From the NCBI GenBank assembly GCA_052327205.1, contig CM126202.1, positions 400,086,001 through 400,150,000 of the forward strand: a stretch of DNA of 64,000 nt, given 5' to 3'. The notes below the pieces were generated by a model. That model made no database searches, was not told where the DNA came from, and was given only the letters and a program-made list of their open reading frames with translations. The position numbers and the translations under genes were made by a program. The DNA is from Somniosus microcephalus (Eukaryota). Positions 18,356-32,078 of this stretch are shown here, piece after piece; position 1 is the first letter of the stretch; every line of letters starts with the position of its first letter.

Positions 18356-19224
18356 GAATCATAGAAATTTATGGCACAGAAGGAGGCCATTTGGTCCATC
18401 GTGTCTGCGCCGGTCGAAAAAAAGCTATCCAGCCAAATCCTACTTTCCAGCTCTTGGACCGCAGCCTTGCAGGTTACGACACTTCAAGTGCATATGCAAG
18501 TAGTTTTTAGATGTGATGAGGGTTTCTGCCTTTACCACCCTTTCAGGCAGTGTTCCAGATCTCCACCACTCTCTGAGTGAAAAAAAGTATCCTCAACTCC
18601 CCTCTAATCCAATTACTTCAAATCTATGTCCCCTGGTTATTGAAAACTCTCTGCTAAGGGAAACAGGTGCTTCCTATCTAGGTCCCATATAATTTTATAC
18701 ACCTCAGTTAAATCTTCCCTCAGCATTCTCTGTTCCAAAGAAAACAACCCCAGCCTATCAAATCTTTCCTCATAGCTAAAGTTTTCCCGTCCTGGCAAGA
18801 TCCTCGTAAATCTCCTCTGTAACTTCTCTAGTGCAGTCACATCTTTCCTGTAATGTGGTGACCAGAACTGTACGCCGTACTCTAGCTGTGGCCTAACTAG
18901 TGTTTTATGCAGTTCGAGCATAACCTTTCTGCTCTTGTATTCTATACCTCGGCTAATAAACAAAAGTATGCCGCCTTAACCACCTTATCTAGCTGTCCTG
19001 CTTACTTTAGGAATCTGTGCACATGCACTCCAAGGTCCCTCTGTTCCTCTACATTTCTCAATATCCTATCACTTATTGTGTATTCCCTTGCCTTGTTAGC
19101 CCTCCCCAAATGCATTACCTCACATTTGTCCAGATTGAATTCCATTTGCCACTTTACTGCCCACCTGACCAGTCCATTGATATCTTCCTGCAGTTTACAG
19201 CTATCTTCCTCACTATCAAACACA
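18356..19224 (-). mobile_element. CR1 LINE 3' fragment
   Basis: ORFs 18637..18963 and 19002..19223 (WQMEFNLDKCEVMHLG, LVRPQLEYGVQFWSP). Confidence 0.9.
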
Positions 19225-19611
19225 CTTCAATTGGAAATTTTACCTGGGTGCTAGAAATTTCCAGCTTATGTTGATAAATTGACAAGAAAGATATTATGGG
19301 AGTTGTAGTTTTCACCTTTGCTCCTGTATAACTATAATTCTGAGATTATACTGTGACAAACCACACACTGAGGAGCAGATAGTGCTGGTGGGGGAGAGAC
19401 GGGACATGAAGATTTTACTTTGTCACAGTTTAAATTGCACAGAAACAGACAAGTGTTGTTTTGGGTAATGGTTTTTTTGTTTTGTGAGTTGCTGAGTAGG
19501 AGTGATGTTTGCACTGGGGCCAAAGAAGGAAGTTTGAGATGATTTGCTTCTGGCATGAGCCATTTGTCATCTGCTTTGTTCAGCCAGCCAAGCCTGGAAT
19601 ATGATGAAAGT

Positions 19612-19740
19612 GTAGCACTCCCTCAGTACTGCACTGGGAGTGTCAGACTGGATTATGTGCTCAAGTCTCTGGAGTAGAACTTGAACTCTCAATCTTTTGA
19701 CTCCGTGGTGAGATTGCTACTACTGAGCCAAGGCTGACTC
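19612..19740 (-). mobile_element. 5' fragment of DeuSINE
   Basis: Reverse complement of 200-305. Confidence 0.6.
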
Positions 19741-20093
19741 CTTAAGTAAATACTGTAAATTCACCACTATCGGGAATAACTGGAAATAAGATTTTGGGGA
19801 GGGAAGCAGTTATTCTCATCAGCAAACGGTAGGTGAATAATGTTAAAAATATTGTATCTGTGAGGCCTGTATTTTTTTAGTATCAATTACATATGTTTGC
19901 CTTGTCAGTCATGCGCATTATATTACTTGTAAATTTGCTGTATTACAGGAACAGGTGAATCATTATCTTTAGGCTGCAGCAGGACTGCAGGAAACATTAG
20001 AAAATTTGTCACTTGTTTTAAACAAAAGCATATTAAAACATTTTGCAGAATTCGCAGAAACTGCTCCGCCAATAGAAAATATCTTCTATAATT

Positions 20094-21591
20094 GCAAAAT
20101 ACTGCGGATGCTGGAAATCTGAAATAACAACAGAAAATGCTGGAAATACTCAGCAGGCCAGGCAGCATCTGTGGAGAGAGAAAGAGTTAACGTTTCAGGT
20201 CTGGGACCCTTCATCAGAACTGGAAAAAGCTGGAGATGTAACAGATATTAAGCAGGTGCAGAGATGGGGCGGGGGGGGTTAGGAGGGGAGGAAGAAATAG
20301 AAAGGACATCCTGTACTTTTGTAAGAGGCTGGAAAGATAAAATGTTGCCAATGGGAATGGCAAAAATCATACTGCATGAAAAATGGGGGCAGGGATAATT
20401 ATCTGAAATTGTTGAACTCCATGTTGAGTCCGGCAGGCTGCAAAGTGCCCAATCGAAAGATGAGGTGCTGTTCCTCAAGCTTACATTGAGCTTCATTGGA
20501 ACAATGCAATAGCCCGAGGACAGAGAGATCAGAGTGGGAATGGAGCGGTGAATTAAAGTGACAGCCGACCGGAAGCTCGGTCACCCGTACGGACTGAACG
20601 GAGGTGTTCCGCAAAGCGGTCGCCCAATCTGCGTTTGGTCTCCCCAATGTAGAGGAGACCGCATCGTGAGCAGCGAATACAGTATATTAAATTGCAAGAA
20701 GTACAAGTAAATCGCTGTTTCACCTGGAAGGGGTGTTTGGGGCCCTGGACAGTGGGAAGGGAGGAGGTAAAAGGGCATGTGTTGCATCTCCTGCGCTTGC
20801 ACGGGAAGGTGCCAGATGAAGGAGCAGGGCTGTTGGGGGTGATTGAGGAGTGGACCAGGGTGTCGCGGAGGGAGCGGTCCCTTCGGAATGCTGAAAGGGG
20901 AGGTGAGGGGTAGATGTGTTTGGTGGTGGGATCACGTTGGAGGTGGCGGAAATGGCGGAGGATGATCCGTTGAATGTGGAGGCTGGTGGGGTGAAAGGTG
21001 AGGACAAGGGGAACCCTATCGTGGTTCTGGGAGGGAGGGGCAGGGGTGAGAGCAGAAGTGCGGGAAATAGAACGGACACTGTCAAGGGCCGTGTCAACCA
21101 CGGTAGAGGGGAATCCTCAGTTGAGGAAAAAGGAAGACATGTCAGAAACACTAGTATGGAAGGTGGCATCGTCGGAACAGACGCGGCGGAGACGGAGAAA
21201 CTGGGAGAATGGAATAGAGTCCTTACAGGAAGCGGGGTGGGAGGAAGTGCAGTCCAGGTAGCTGTGGGAGTCGGTGGGCTTGTAGTGGATGTTTGTTGAA
21301 AGCCGATCACCAGAAATGGAGACGGAGAAGTCAAGGAAGGGAAGGGAAGAGTCGGAGATGGACCATGTGAAGGTGAGGGCAGGGTGGAAATTGGAAGTAA
21401 AGTGAATGAACTTATCCAGTTCAGGGCGAGAGCAGGAAACGGCACCAATACAGTCATCGATGTACCGGAAAAAGAGGTGAGGGAGGGGACCTGAGTAGGA
21501 CTGGAACAAAGAATGTTCCACATGTCCCATGAACAGGCAGGCATAGCTAGGGCCCATGCGGGTTCCCATAGCAACACCTTTAATTTGGAGA
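20094..21591 (-). mobile_element. Penelope-like retroelement (5'-truncated RT + GIY-YIG endonuclease + 3' terminal repeat)
   Basis: QIKGVAMGTRMGPSYACLFMG and RYIDD RT motifs; IYCIRCSRCGLLYIGETKRRLGDRFAEH GIY-YIG; interrupted by a stop and a frameshift. Confidence 0.92.
20185..20221 (-). ncRNA. Minimal type I hammerhead ribozyme motif in Penelope terminus
   Basis: Minus strand reads AGTT-CTGATGA-AGGGTC(CCA)GACCT-GAAA-CGT-T-AACT: intact core, stems I and II, palindromic stem III. Confidence 0.75.
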
Positions 21592-22044
21592 AAATATCTT
21601 CTAAATGACTTCGGGGTCAAAAAAAAGTTAGGCTGGTCTGATCTGATACACCTGTGGAGCTGCCTATGATCTATTAGGCTCCAATTGTTCCATTAAGGTC
21701 CAGTAATTGCACTGTGTGGCCTTGTAGGGTCATAAAGTTACTCACAGCAGCCTAATAATACATTAAGCATGACATGGAATAAAATACTCCTGTGCATGTG
21801 AAACACCATATTCTCTGACCAATGGTGAACAACAACTTGGGAGATCTGCTAGAACGTAGGAAAAAATCATTGGATTCTGTTATTACTTCATAGGTTTTAT
21901 TCAAGTTTTATGGCAATTTGAAAAAAGCAACAATTTTTGCAGAGGGGAGTAGAAAGCATGGTTACTTTAGCATAATTTGGTGGCTTAATCATAGGTTATG
22001 ATTTGCAACAATGTGTAAGCAAAATGGACTGCAACATTTGAAGG

Positions 22045-23460
22045 AATGACTGTTCACATGTTCGGAGACCAATGATGGATAGGTAAAGACCCTCTGGTGC
22101 ATCTAGTCTGTCCCACACAATTGTGATACCTTGTATATCACACAATATATGCTCTCCACCAACGTTCCGAACCTCTAACCTGCATGGCCGTGGAACTCTG
22201 CCGGTCCCACACAGTCCAGGACCGGCTTTCCCCATGTTAAATATTGCGCATGCGCGAAACTGGGCCGCGCGCACCCAAAAAAAAATTGGAGGGACCATTG
22301 CTCTCCACCCTACCCAAAACCATGTGATCTCCTGGGCGAGACGGGGGGGGGGAAGATTAAAAACCCAGGCCAATTTGGAGGGGAAAAATCTGGGAAATTC
22401 CTCTCCGACCCATCTGGGCGATCAAAACTAGTCCAGGAGATCACTCTGCCCCTGAATTCCCTGACATACCTACCTTTTGTAGGAGTTGATGTCCGCCCAA
22501 ACTAGAAACAGGTCCAGCTCTCGCTTCAGGGAATTCAAAGAATCGGCGTCCACCACAAGGGACGGCAACCTGTTCCAGAGGTCCACTATTCTCTGGGAAA
22601 AGAACCACGTCCTGACATCTAACATAGATCTGGCCTTGCATGACTTTAGTGACCCCTGATCCTCCCTAACCCATTTAATTGGAACAAACTGTCATCTGGA
22701 ACACAATCTACTCCCTTCATGGTTTATCAACCTCAAATCAGATCACCCCGAAGTCTATGCTTCTCTAAAGTGTAGAGTCCCAACTCTTTCAGCCTATTTT
22801 GACAACCAAGATGCTTTATACTGGGAATTAGTCCACTGGCCCTCCTCTATACCCTTTCCAAAGCCTCCGTATCGCCCATCATGTGAGGAGACCAAAACTG
22901 GACACAATATTCCAAGTGAGGCCTGACCAAGGTCTTGTACATGGACAAAATAGAATGCCTCGACTTATAATCAATTGTCCAATGAATGCACCCGAACACA
23001 TTTGCTCTAGCCATCGCATTACGGCATTGCTCATGTACCTTTCTTTCTCCACCTTTAATGCTTTTCCCTGTAGGGTGTATGAATGTTGAGCATTCGCCCT
23101 GCCCACATGCATAACACTGCACTTATCCAAATTACACATTATTTGCTAGTCATGAGCCCAGTCTCCCAGCACATTTAAGATCCACCCGAAGCAGTCGAGC
23201 ATTGTCTACAGTCCTAACACCTGTAGAGATCTTGGTATCATCTGCAAATTTACAGATAGTGCCCCCAACACCGACAACCAGATCATTAATAAAAATAGTA
23301 AAGAACAGTGGTCCCAACACTGATTCCTGCGAGATACCATTGGTGACCGGTCTCCAAACAGATCCAAATCCATCTATAACTACTTTTTTGCTTACGTCCT
23401 GACAGCCAGTTGTCAATCTAGCTCTATATTTTACCACTAATGCCAGAGGCTTTAATCTTG
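22045..23460 (-). mobile_element. CR1 LINE 3' part (second subfamily)
   Basis: SQESVLGPLFFTIFINDL..KFADDTK and LVRPHLEYCVQFWSP; long structured 3'UTR. Confidence 0.85.
22160..22300. mobile_element. hAT-type MITE inserted in CR1 3'UTR
   Basis: Imperfect TIR CAACGTTCC/GGACCATTG; perfect 8-bp TSD CTCTCCAC (22152-22159, 22301-22308). Confidence 0.75.
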
Positions 23461-23734
23461 TAGTGAAACAACGGTATAGACAAAAAAAAAACAGGTATTG
23501 AATGGATCAAATATGTTGGAAAAATGAGTAACATATATCAAATTTAACTTCTTGTGTATTATATGTAATACCTTATGCATGACTTGGTACAGCACAATGC
23601 TCTTGGCATCAAAAAAAGGTGTATCCCCCACTCACTGTGAGCAACACTGAAACAACACTAGAGTATTTAAACCGTCAAGTAGATTGGCTATCTATTAATT
23701 CAGTTCTTTGCATTGCTTATGTTTCCTTTTCCAG

Positions 23735-23930
23735 GGCTGTGGCTGCATACCTGCGAGCTCTGAGCCTGAGTCCTAATCACGCAGTTGTTCATGGAAACCT
23801 GGCTTGTGTCTATTATGAACAAGGGCTGATTGATCTGGCTATTGACACGTACAGAAGAGCCATTGAATTGCAGCCTCACTTTCCAGATGCCTACTGCAAC
23901 CTGGCTAATGCACTGAAAGAGAAGGGAAAT
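23735..23930 (+). CDS. OGT: OGT exon 7 ([30 protein letters not shown]...ALKEKGN)
   Basis: ttccag|G, AAT|gtaagc; within ORF 23619..23942. Confidence 0.97.
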
Positions 23931-24281
23931 GTAAGCATTTGAGGGAATTGGCAGTGTTGCAGGGTGTACATTGTATGTAAACAATTTAACAATTCTGAAT
24001 TCATAATTTGAGAGGCGTACAGTGTCCTTATTGAGTCACTTGTGTAAAGAATGAAATGAGTGGGGGTGGGGAGATACCCTGGTGTCCGTGAGCAGAAATA
24101 GTTGTGATTGAATGTAGAGAAAAGAAGCACGTGATATGTATTTGGAAAGGTAAATGATGAAGGCTGCTGGGTAGATGGATGGAGGCAAGGAAGCATATGG
24201 ATAGGTAAACAGTCCTTTTGATCCACACAAACCGTTGCTCCTGTGTGGTGAAAAGGGGCTGCTTGTGTAATTAAAAGGTAG

Positions 24282-24832
<551 letters not shown>

Positions 24833-24973
24833 TACTTTGTATAGTACTACTTCAGAAGCTACCAGAATGATGCTGACTTAAAGAAATTTAATAAATGGTG
24901 CTGCATTTAGGTAATTTAAGGATTTATGTACTGACTTGTAATTTTTCTCCCCTCCTGTGACTTGTACTTGGGT

Positions 24974-26055
24974 CGTCGTCTTCTTCTTCTTAGGCAGTCC
25001 CTCTGAACCGAGGATGACTTGCTTCCACATTAAAAATGAGCGCGCAGGTGACTGATGAGTCCAATGCGGGACCTACAGTCTCTGTCACAGGTGGGGCAGA
25101 CGGTGGTTGAAGGGGCGGGTGGGTGGGGTGCTTGGGTTGACGTGCGCTGCCTGCGCTTGGCTTCCGCTTGCTCCTGGCGGAGAGACTCGAGGTGTTCGGC
25201 GCCTTCTGGATGCTTCTCCACTTTGTGCGGTCTTGGGCCAGGGATTCCCAGGTGTCGATGGGGATGTTACACTTTTCAAGGAGGCTTTGAGGGTGTCCTT
25301 GAAGCGTTTCCTCTGCCCACCTGGGGTTCTCTTGCTGTGCCGGAGCTCCGAGTAGAGCGCTTGTTTTGGGAGCCTTGTATCGGGCATGCGGACAATGTGA
25401 CCCGTCCATTGAATTTGCAGGATCTTGCGGAAGCAGCGTTGGTGGTACCTCTCCAGTGCTTTGAGGTGCCTGCTGTACATGGTCCATGTCTCTGAGGCAT
25501 ACAGCAGGGTGGGTATCACTGCTGCTCTGTAGACCATGAGCTTAGTGCCAGGTTTGAGGTCCTGGTCTTCAAACACTCTCTTCCTCAGGCGACCGAAGGC
25601 TGCACTGGCACACTGAAGGCGGTGTTGGACTTCGTCGTCGACATCTGCCCTTGTTGACAGCAGGCTCCCGAGGTATGGAAAGTAGTCCACGTTGTCCGAG
25701 GCCTTGTCGTGGATTTTGATAATTGGGCAGTACTGTGTGACGGGGGCAGGTTGGTAGAGGACCTTTGTCTTACGGATGTTTAGTGTAAGGCCCGTGTTCT
25801 TGTACGCTTCAGTGAAGGTGTTAACGATGGCTTGGAGTTCAATCTCCGAGTGAGCGCAGACGCAAGCGTCGTCTGCATGCTGTAATTCGACGACAGAGGA
25901 TGGGACGACCTTGGATCTGGACTGGAGGCGACGGAGGTTGAACAATTTCCCATTTGTTCTGTAAATTAGCTCCACTCCAGTGGGGAGCTTGCTGAGGGTG
26001 AGATGGAGCATTGCAGCAAGGAAGATCGAGAAGAGCGTTGGTGCGATGACACAGC
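24974..26055 (-). mobile_element. RTE (BovB-like) LINE, 5'-truncated
   Basis: QGCVIAPTLFSIF, HADD, FPYLGS, RLPKQALYSEL, C-terminal CPTCDRDC..H; (GAA)n(GAC)n tail; TSD CTTGGGT (24967-24973, 26056-26062). Confidence 0.92.
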
Positions 26056-26717
26056 CTTGGGTACTTTGGTACCTTTCTATGGGCACTAGGCACTTTTCTG
26101 TTACATCACCCATGTGGGTATTCTTTACATGTGAGGTCAGGCAATGAGTGTCAGCCAGTTTAACACTGGAGTGATCCCACAACTGAGCCTGACCGTTTCC
26201 TCATTTGATATCCACACATGAACCCTTTTCAGCAGGAGTGACTAGGGATTCACCCCTACTCTAGTTTGGAGCTCTAGGGGCAATTGTAGTTACCCTTGTG
26301 TCATCCTGACAGATCTGCAAAATCCGCTGAAACTGGGTATCAGCGCTGGAACTTCCCTTGTCTGATTTGACTACATGCCATCGTTACCAATTGACCCATC
26401 TGGGGGGGGTGGGTGCTGACTTTCTCCGTGAAACTCTCACCCCTTCAAAATATAGCTATTATATTACATGAAATGTGGGTGCAATTTATTATTTTATAAA
26501 ATTCTGTTTCACACTCCTCTACCATTTCTCTGGGGAGTTTGATTGACTGAAGGTGTGTCGCAATCACTTCACCTCAATTATTTCAACATTCTGAATGTTT
26601 CAGTCTTGATTTTTTAAATTTGTAATTTTTGCTGAAATGCATCTGTTTATAATTCATAAAATGTTGCAAAATATTTAAATGAAAACTTGAGTCATAAGGC
26701 TATTTTGGATATTCTAG

Positions 26718-26819
<102 letters not shown>

Positions 26820-26973
26820 TAACTGCCCACTTATTTGCATGAGGTGTCCTGCATGATGCATCAAATATTTGTCCTATTCCACCAGGTAGTCAGCTGACTT
26901 AATAGAAATTTACATGAGGCTGTGACTTTGTGGTTCATTATGGATTCATAATTTTAACGGGTATCACAACATT

Positions 26974-28238
26974 GGCCCAGTAATTCCGTTCCAAACGCGT
27001 GAGTACGGTCGGGGTACTCGCGCATCTGGCCGGAGGAAATGCCGGTTTTCAGCATGCACAGTGCATGCGGAGAAAACCGGCATTTCCTGTCCTCTGAACG
27101 AAGGGGTTCAGAGGCACAGCGCGTGCGACTGCACAGGCAGCGCGTGCGCAGTGAACTTCGTCGATTTCATTCATGGATTCAGTGAGGTTAAGTCCTTACA
27201 ACTTACACGTGAAAAAAGCGTGTAAAGTTGCTCCAGAGGCTGCGGAGGAAGATATATTTTATCGTGGAGCTTCTGAAAGGCAATATTTTTGTTTGGGAAA
27301 GGGAGGAAAGTTATTTTAAGAAATGATGAGGTAAGTTTTAAAGTTTAATTTTTTTTTTATTTTTTTTTTAAACGGGGTTTCAGTACTGTAGGTAGAAGGA
27401 GCAATTGTGGCTGTGTGAATTGAATTTGCTGTGTTTAATGTGAAAATGACCTGTTCTAAAATGAGTAATGTAACATTTCCAACATTTTTAAGAAAGAAAC
27501 TGTTCATCAGTAATATATTCTTTTAAGTAATTATGTATGTATGTCCGTATATATTCCTTTACTTATGTGTATGAATGTATGTATTTAATTATGATTTTCC
27601 AATAAGTTACTTTCTCTGAAAGTCATAATTAAATACATACATTCATACACAAGTAAAGGAATATATACATACATATATGCAAAGGAATATATACAGACAT
27701 ACATACATAATTACTTAAAAGAATATATTACTGATGAAAAGTTTCTTTCTTTAAAAATGTTGGAGTCATTTTCACATTTAATAAACACAGCAAATTCAAT
27801 TCACATAGCCACAATTGCTCCTTCTACCTACAGTACTGAAAACCCGTTTTAAAAAACAAAAATAAACTTTAAAACTTACCTCAGCATTTCTTAAAATAAC
27901 TTTCCTCCCTTTCCCAAACAAAAATATTGCCTTTCAGAAGCTCCACGATAAAATATGTCTTCCTCCGCAGCCTCTGGAGCAACTGTACTCATGCTTTTTT
28001 CATGTGTAAGTTGTAAGGACTTAACCTCACTGAAAGCATGAATGAAACCGGCGAATTTTACTGCGCACGCGCTGCCTGTGCAGTCGCACGCGTTCTGCCT
28101 CTGAACCCCTTCGTTCAGAGGACAGGAAATGCCAGTTTTCCCCGCATGCGCTGTGCATGCTGAAAACCAGCATTTCCTCTGGCCAGACGCGCGAGTACCC
28201 CGACCGTACTCACGCGTTTGGAACGGAATTACTGGGCC
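26974..28238. mobile_element. Foldback/palindromic non-autonomous DNA element
   Basis: About 630-bp inverted arms GGCCCAGTAATTCC...GGAATTACTGGGCC, ~18-nt spacer near 27600-27620; flanked by AACATT direct repeat. Confidence 0.85.
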
Positions 28239-28338
28239 AACATTTTACATGTCAATAAAATGAAAAATTTAACAATTGCACGATTTGCCCCCTTGCATCT
28301 GCGACTGAGGGTCCAAGGAGGTGCATTGCGCAAGAGGT

Positions 28339-28680
28339 CATCGTCGTACGTATCCTCACACTGTTCCCTTTCAGGAACTGTATGAAGTGGTGGAAGGATT
28401 TCTGGCCACGTTAACGCTCGTTCCGTGACCATAACCATCTTCATACCAGCCATTAGGGTGGTTAGTCCTATGGCGTGAGGGTTTTACGGGCTCCCACAAC
28501 CCATCTGAGGGGGGGGGCCACCCACACCCGCCGGCGCAAGTATCCTGCTGGATGTCCACCCAGAATTTATAGTTGGAGCTCCGACTCCACTTGCCGGGAC
28601 TGTCTGGAGCGGGGTTCGAAACCCTACTCCTTCTGGCCCAGCAGCGGGGATGCTTACCGCTACGCAAAAGGCCCACTCCA
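28339..28680 (-). mobile_element. tRNA-derived SINE
   Basis: A/B boxes on minus strand; (GAC/GAT)n tail; imperfect TSD CGCAA(G/A)AGGT. Confidence 0.8.
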
Positions 28681-28926
28681 CGCAAAAGGTGACACCCATA
28701 CGTTTCCTGCGCCTTTTCCCTCCCCGTGACTGGAGCCCTATGCTGCCACTTGAAAGACCAAGCTATCATCTGTCCTTTTTGCGGCGCCTTGGACTTCTCA
28801 TTACCAATGATAAGCAGGCGCTGCGCCTCCACTTCGTTGAGGAGATTGCTGAGGTCATCATCAGTTCAATTGTGAGTTCTTTTAATGCCGTGAATTGTGC
28901 TCATTCCAGCCATTTCACGTTGCTAA

Positions 28927-29270
28927 TCGGAGTGGGCCTTTGGCGTAGCGGTAGGATCCCCGCCGCTGGGCCAGACGGGGTAGGGTTTCGAGCCCCGCTC
29001 CAGACAGTCCCGGCAAGTGGAGTCGGAGCTCCGGCTCTAAATTCTGGGTTGACATCCAATGGGATATTTGCGTCCGTGGGTGTGGGTGGCCCCCCCTCCT
29101 CGTATAGCTTGTGGGAGCCCGTAAAACCCTCCCGCCATAGGACTAACCACCCTAATGGCTGGTACAAAGATGGTTACGGTCACGGAAGGAGCGTTAATCA
29201 CGGCCATAAATCCTTCCACCACTTCATACAGTTCCCCAAAGGGAACAGTGTGAAGACACGTATGACGACG
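28927..29270 (+). mobile_element. tRNA-derived SINE (same family)
   Basis: A box TGGCGTAGCGG, B box GTTTCGAGCC, (GAC)n tail, TSD ACGTTGCTAA (28917-28926, 29271-29280). Confidence 0.85.
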
Positions 29271-30532
29271 ACGTTGCTAAATAAATAAATGGAATGAAAA
29301 AAATTCTTTCAGGGCTTTTAAAAGTCTTTAAATTGCTTTAATTCTGTTTAAAACTACTTCAGATTCTTCAAAATAATGTAAACATTTTAAAAAGTTTATA
29401 AAAGTTATCAAAAGCTTCTTAAAAATACCAAAAACCTATTTAAAATGCTGCTCTACATGTAAAAATGCTTTGCAGCTTGTGAGAAATATTGGGGGCGTGT
29501 CCTTTTAAAATGAGACCTCAAGGGGTGTGTCTCACTTGCACTGCGCGCTCCAGGCTTCGCGCTGGCTGCACTCCTGGGTGGCGTGACGTCAGACGCTGCC
29601 CGGGAGTCAACATTTTAAAACAGCAATTCCAGGCGTCCCTGAAGCTCAACGGCCGGCGCGTCGGGCAAGTGCAGATCGGGGGCTTGCACGCGCGGCAAGC
29701 CCCCGACCCGAATTTCTGCCCCATTGTGTTGGATCAGTTGCAATTCATTGGTGAACATTGTAATGTAAGAAATAATGGCAAAGCTGTAATGTGCACTTTT
29801 TTTTCAATAAAGGGATAGAGGTGCAGAGAACTGTAATGACTCATTTAGAGTTCTTTGAAGGATTATGTAGCTGCAGTAAAAGTAGTGTAGTTCATTTAGG
29901 AGAGTTGGCATGAGTGCTTGAGTGTGCAAACCACTAGAATGTTTTAAAATTGAATCCAAAAATCACAAAATGGACAATTGTAAAATACAAAATATAAAGA
30001 AGTATTAAATCTTGCTATGGTGGATGCCAGTAATGTAAAAATGTGACTAAAGAATGTGATTCATTCTTCAGTAAAGAATATTTCATCTGTGAATTTTGGT
30101 TCAGTTAATGTGGAATATCATCAGCCAGCTAGCATCTCAGATAAAAACCATGAAAGGGAAATTGGGTGGGGAAGAAATATAAAGGAAAACTTGATCTGCT
30201 TTATCCCCATCTTTTGGCAGGGTAAATGCATGCATGGCTAATGTGATGAGGTATTCGACAACATGACCGAGATACCTGCTGCGCTTTGTTGCAGTATCAG
30301 AAACAGGGTACTGTCAGAAAGTTGGATATTAGGCAGCTTGTAAAGCTTTGTTCTAAACGTGCACAGTGTATTTGACAGAAACCTGATATTTTATTCCTTT
30401 TCTAAAGCACCGATGTTTTCTGGTACTGATGTATTCCTCTGATTTTTTTTAATCACCTGTCTTATTTCAAATTTTCCAGCACCCTTTTCCGTAGTTGGAA
30501 GCCTGCTTTGGGCTGACTTGTTGATATCCTGA

Positions 30533-30730
<198 letters not shown>

Positions 30731-30911
30731 TAATGAAAATTAGCCATGATCTTATTGAATGGTAGAGCAGGCTCGAAGGACCGTATGTGCCTACTCCTCC
30801 TATTTCTTAACGTTCTTATGACTTACAGTAGTTGAAGATGAAAAATGAACTTGCAGCATTCTGTCCTAATTTGCACATTGGGGAAATGATTCTTATTATC
30901 ATCATTGTAAT

Positions 30912-31800
30912 GTATCCAAGTTTGCTGACGACACAAAGCTAGGTGGGAAAGTAAGCTGTGAGGAGGACACCGAGTCTGCAAAGGGATAAAGACAGGTTAA
31001 GTGAGTGGGCAAGAAGGTGGCAGGTGGAGTATAATGGGGGAAATGTGAGGTTATTCACTTTGGTAGTGAGAATAGAAAACAATTTTTTTAAATGGTGAGA
31101 AACTATTAACTGTTGGTGTTCAGAAGGATTTGGGTGTCTTTGTACACGAAACACAGAAAGTTAACATGCAGGTATGTAGGCAAATGGTATGTTGGCCTTG
31201 ATTGCAAGGGGGTTGGAGTACAAGAGTAAAGAAGTTTTGCTGCAATTGTACAGGGTTTTGGTGAAACCACACCTGGAGTACTGTGTACAGTTTTGGCCCC
31301 TGTACCTAAGGAGGGATATACTTGCCTTGGAGGGGGTGTAGCAAAGGTTCACTAGATTGATTCCTGGGATGAGAGGGATGTCCTATTAGGAGAGATTGAG
31401 TAGAATGGGCCTATACTCTCTGGAGTTTAGAAGAATGAGAGGTGATCTCATTGAAACATACAAGATTCTGAAGGGGGTTGACAGGGTAGATGCTGAGAGG
31501 CTGTTTTCCCCTGACCAGAGAGTTGAGAAGTAGGGGCATAGTCTCAGGATAAGGGGTTGGCCATTTAGGACTGAGCTGGGGTGAACTTTCTTCACTGAGG
31601 GTTATGAATCTTTGGAATTCTCTACCCGAGAGGGCTGTGGAGACTCGCTCGTTGAATATATTCAAGGCTGAGATCGTAGATTTTTGGACTTGGAGAATCA
31701 AGGGATATGGGGATCGGGCGGGAAAGTGGACATGAGATTGAGGATCAGCCATGAATGGTGGAGTAGGCTCGATGGGTCATATGGCCTATTCCTGCTCTAA
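30912..31800 (+). mobile_element. CR1 LINE 3' fragment
   Basis: KFADDTKLGG, VKPHLEYCVQFW, CR1 terminal motif. Confidence 0.9.
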
Positions 31801-31925
31801 TTTACTTGCAAGTCAGGTGGATTTAAGTATGCGATTCACCACAAATATTTTAGAGTAGGTATAGTTGCATCAGGGTTATTGATTATTAATGAGTTGAAAT
31901 TGTAATATCATTCTGTGGGCACTGA

Positions 31926-32078
<153 letters not shown>

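Noticed and set aside
28929-29005. tRNA gene
   Set aside because: A/B boxes belong to a SINE head with body, tail and TSD; no proper cloverleaf
28650-29288. 212-aa ORF as a novel gene
   Set aside because: Runs across two SINEs and the spacer; GC-rich repeat artefact
29490-29722. Complete Harbinger-like MITE ending ...aatttctgcccc
   Set aside because: One plausible TIR end seen, but no matching left TIR or TSD, so boundaries are unsupported
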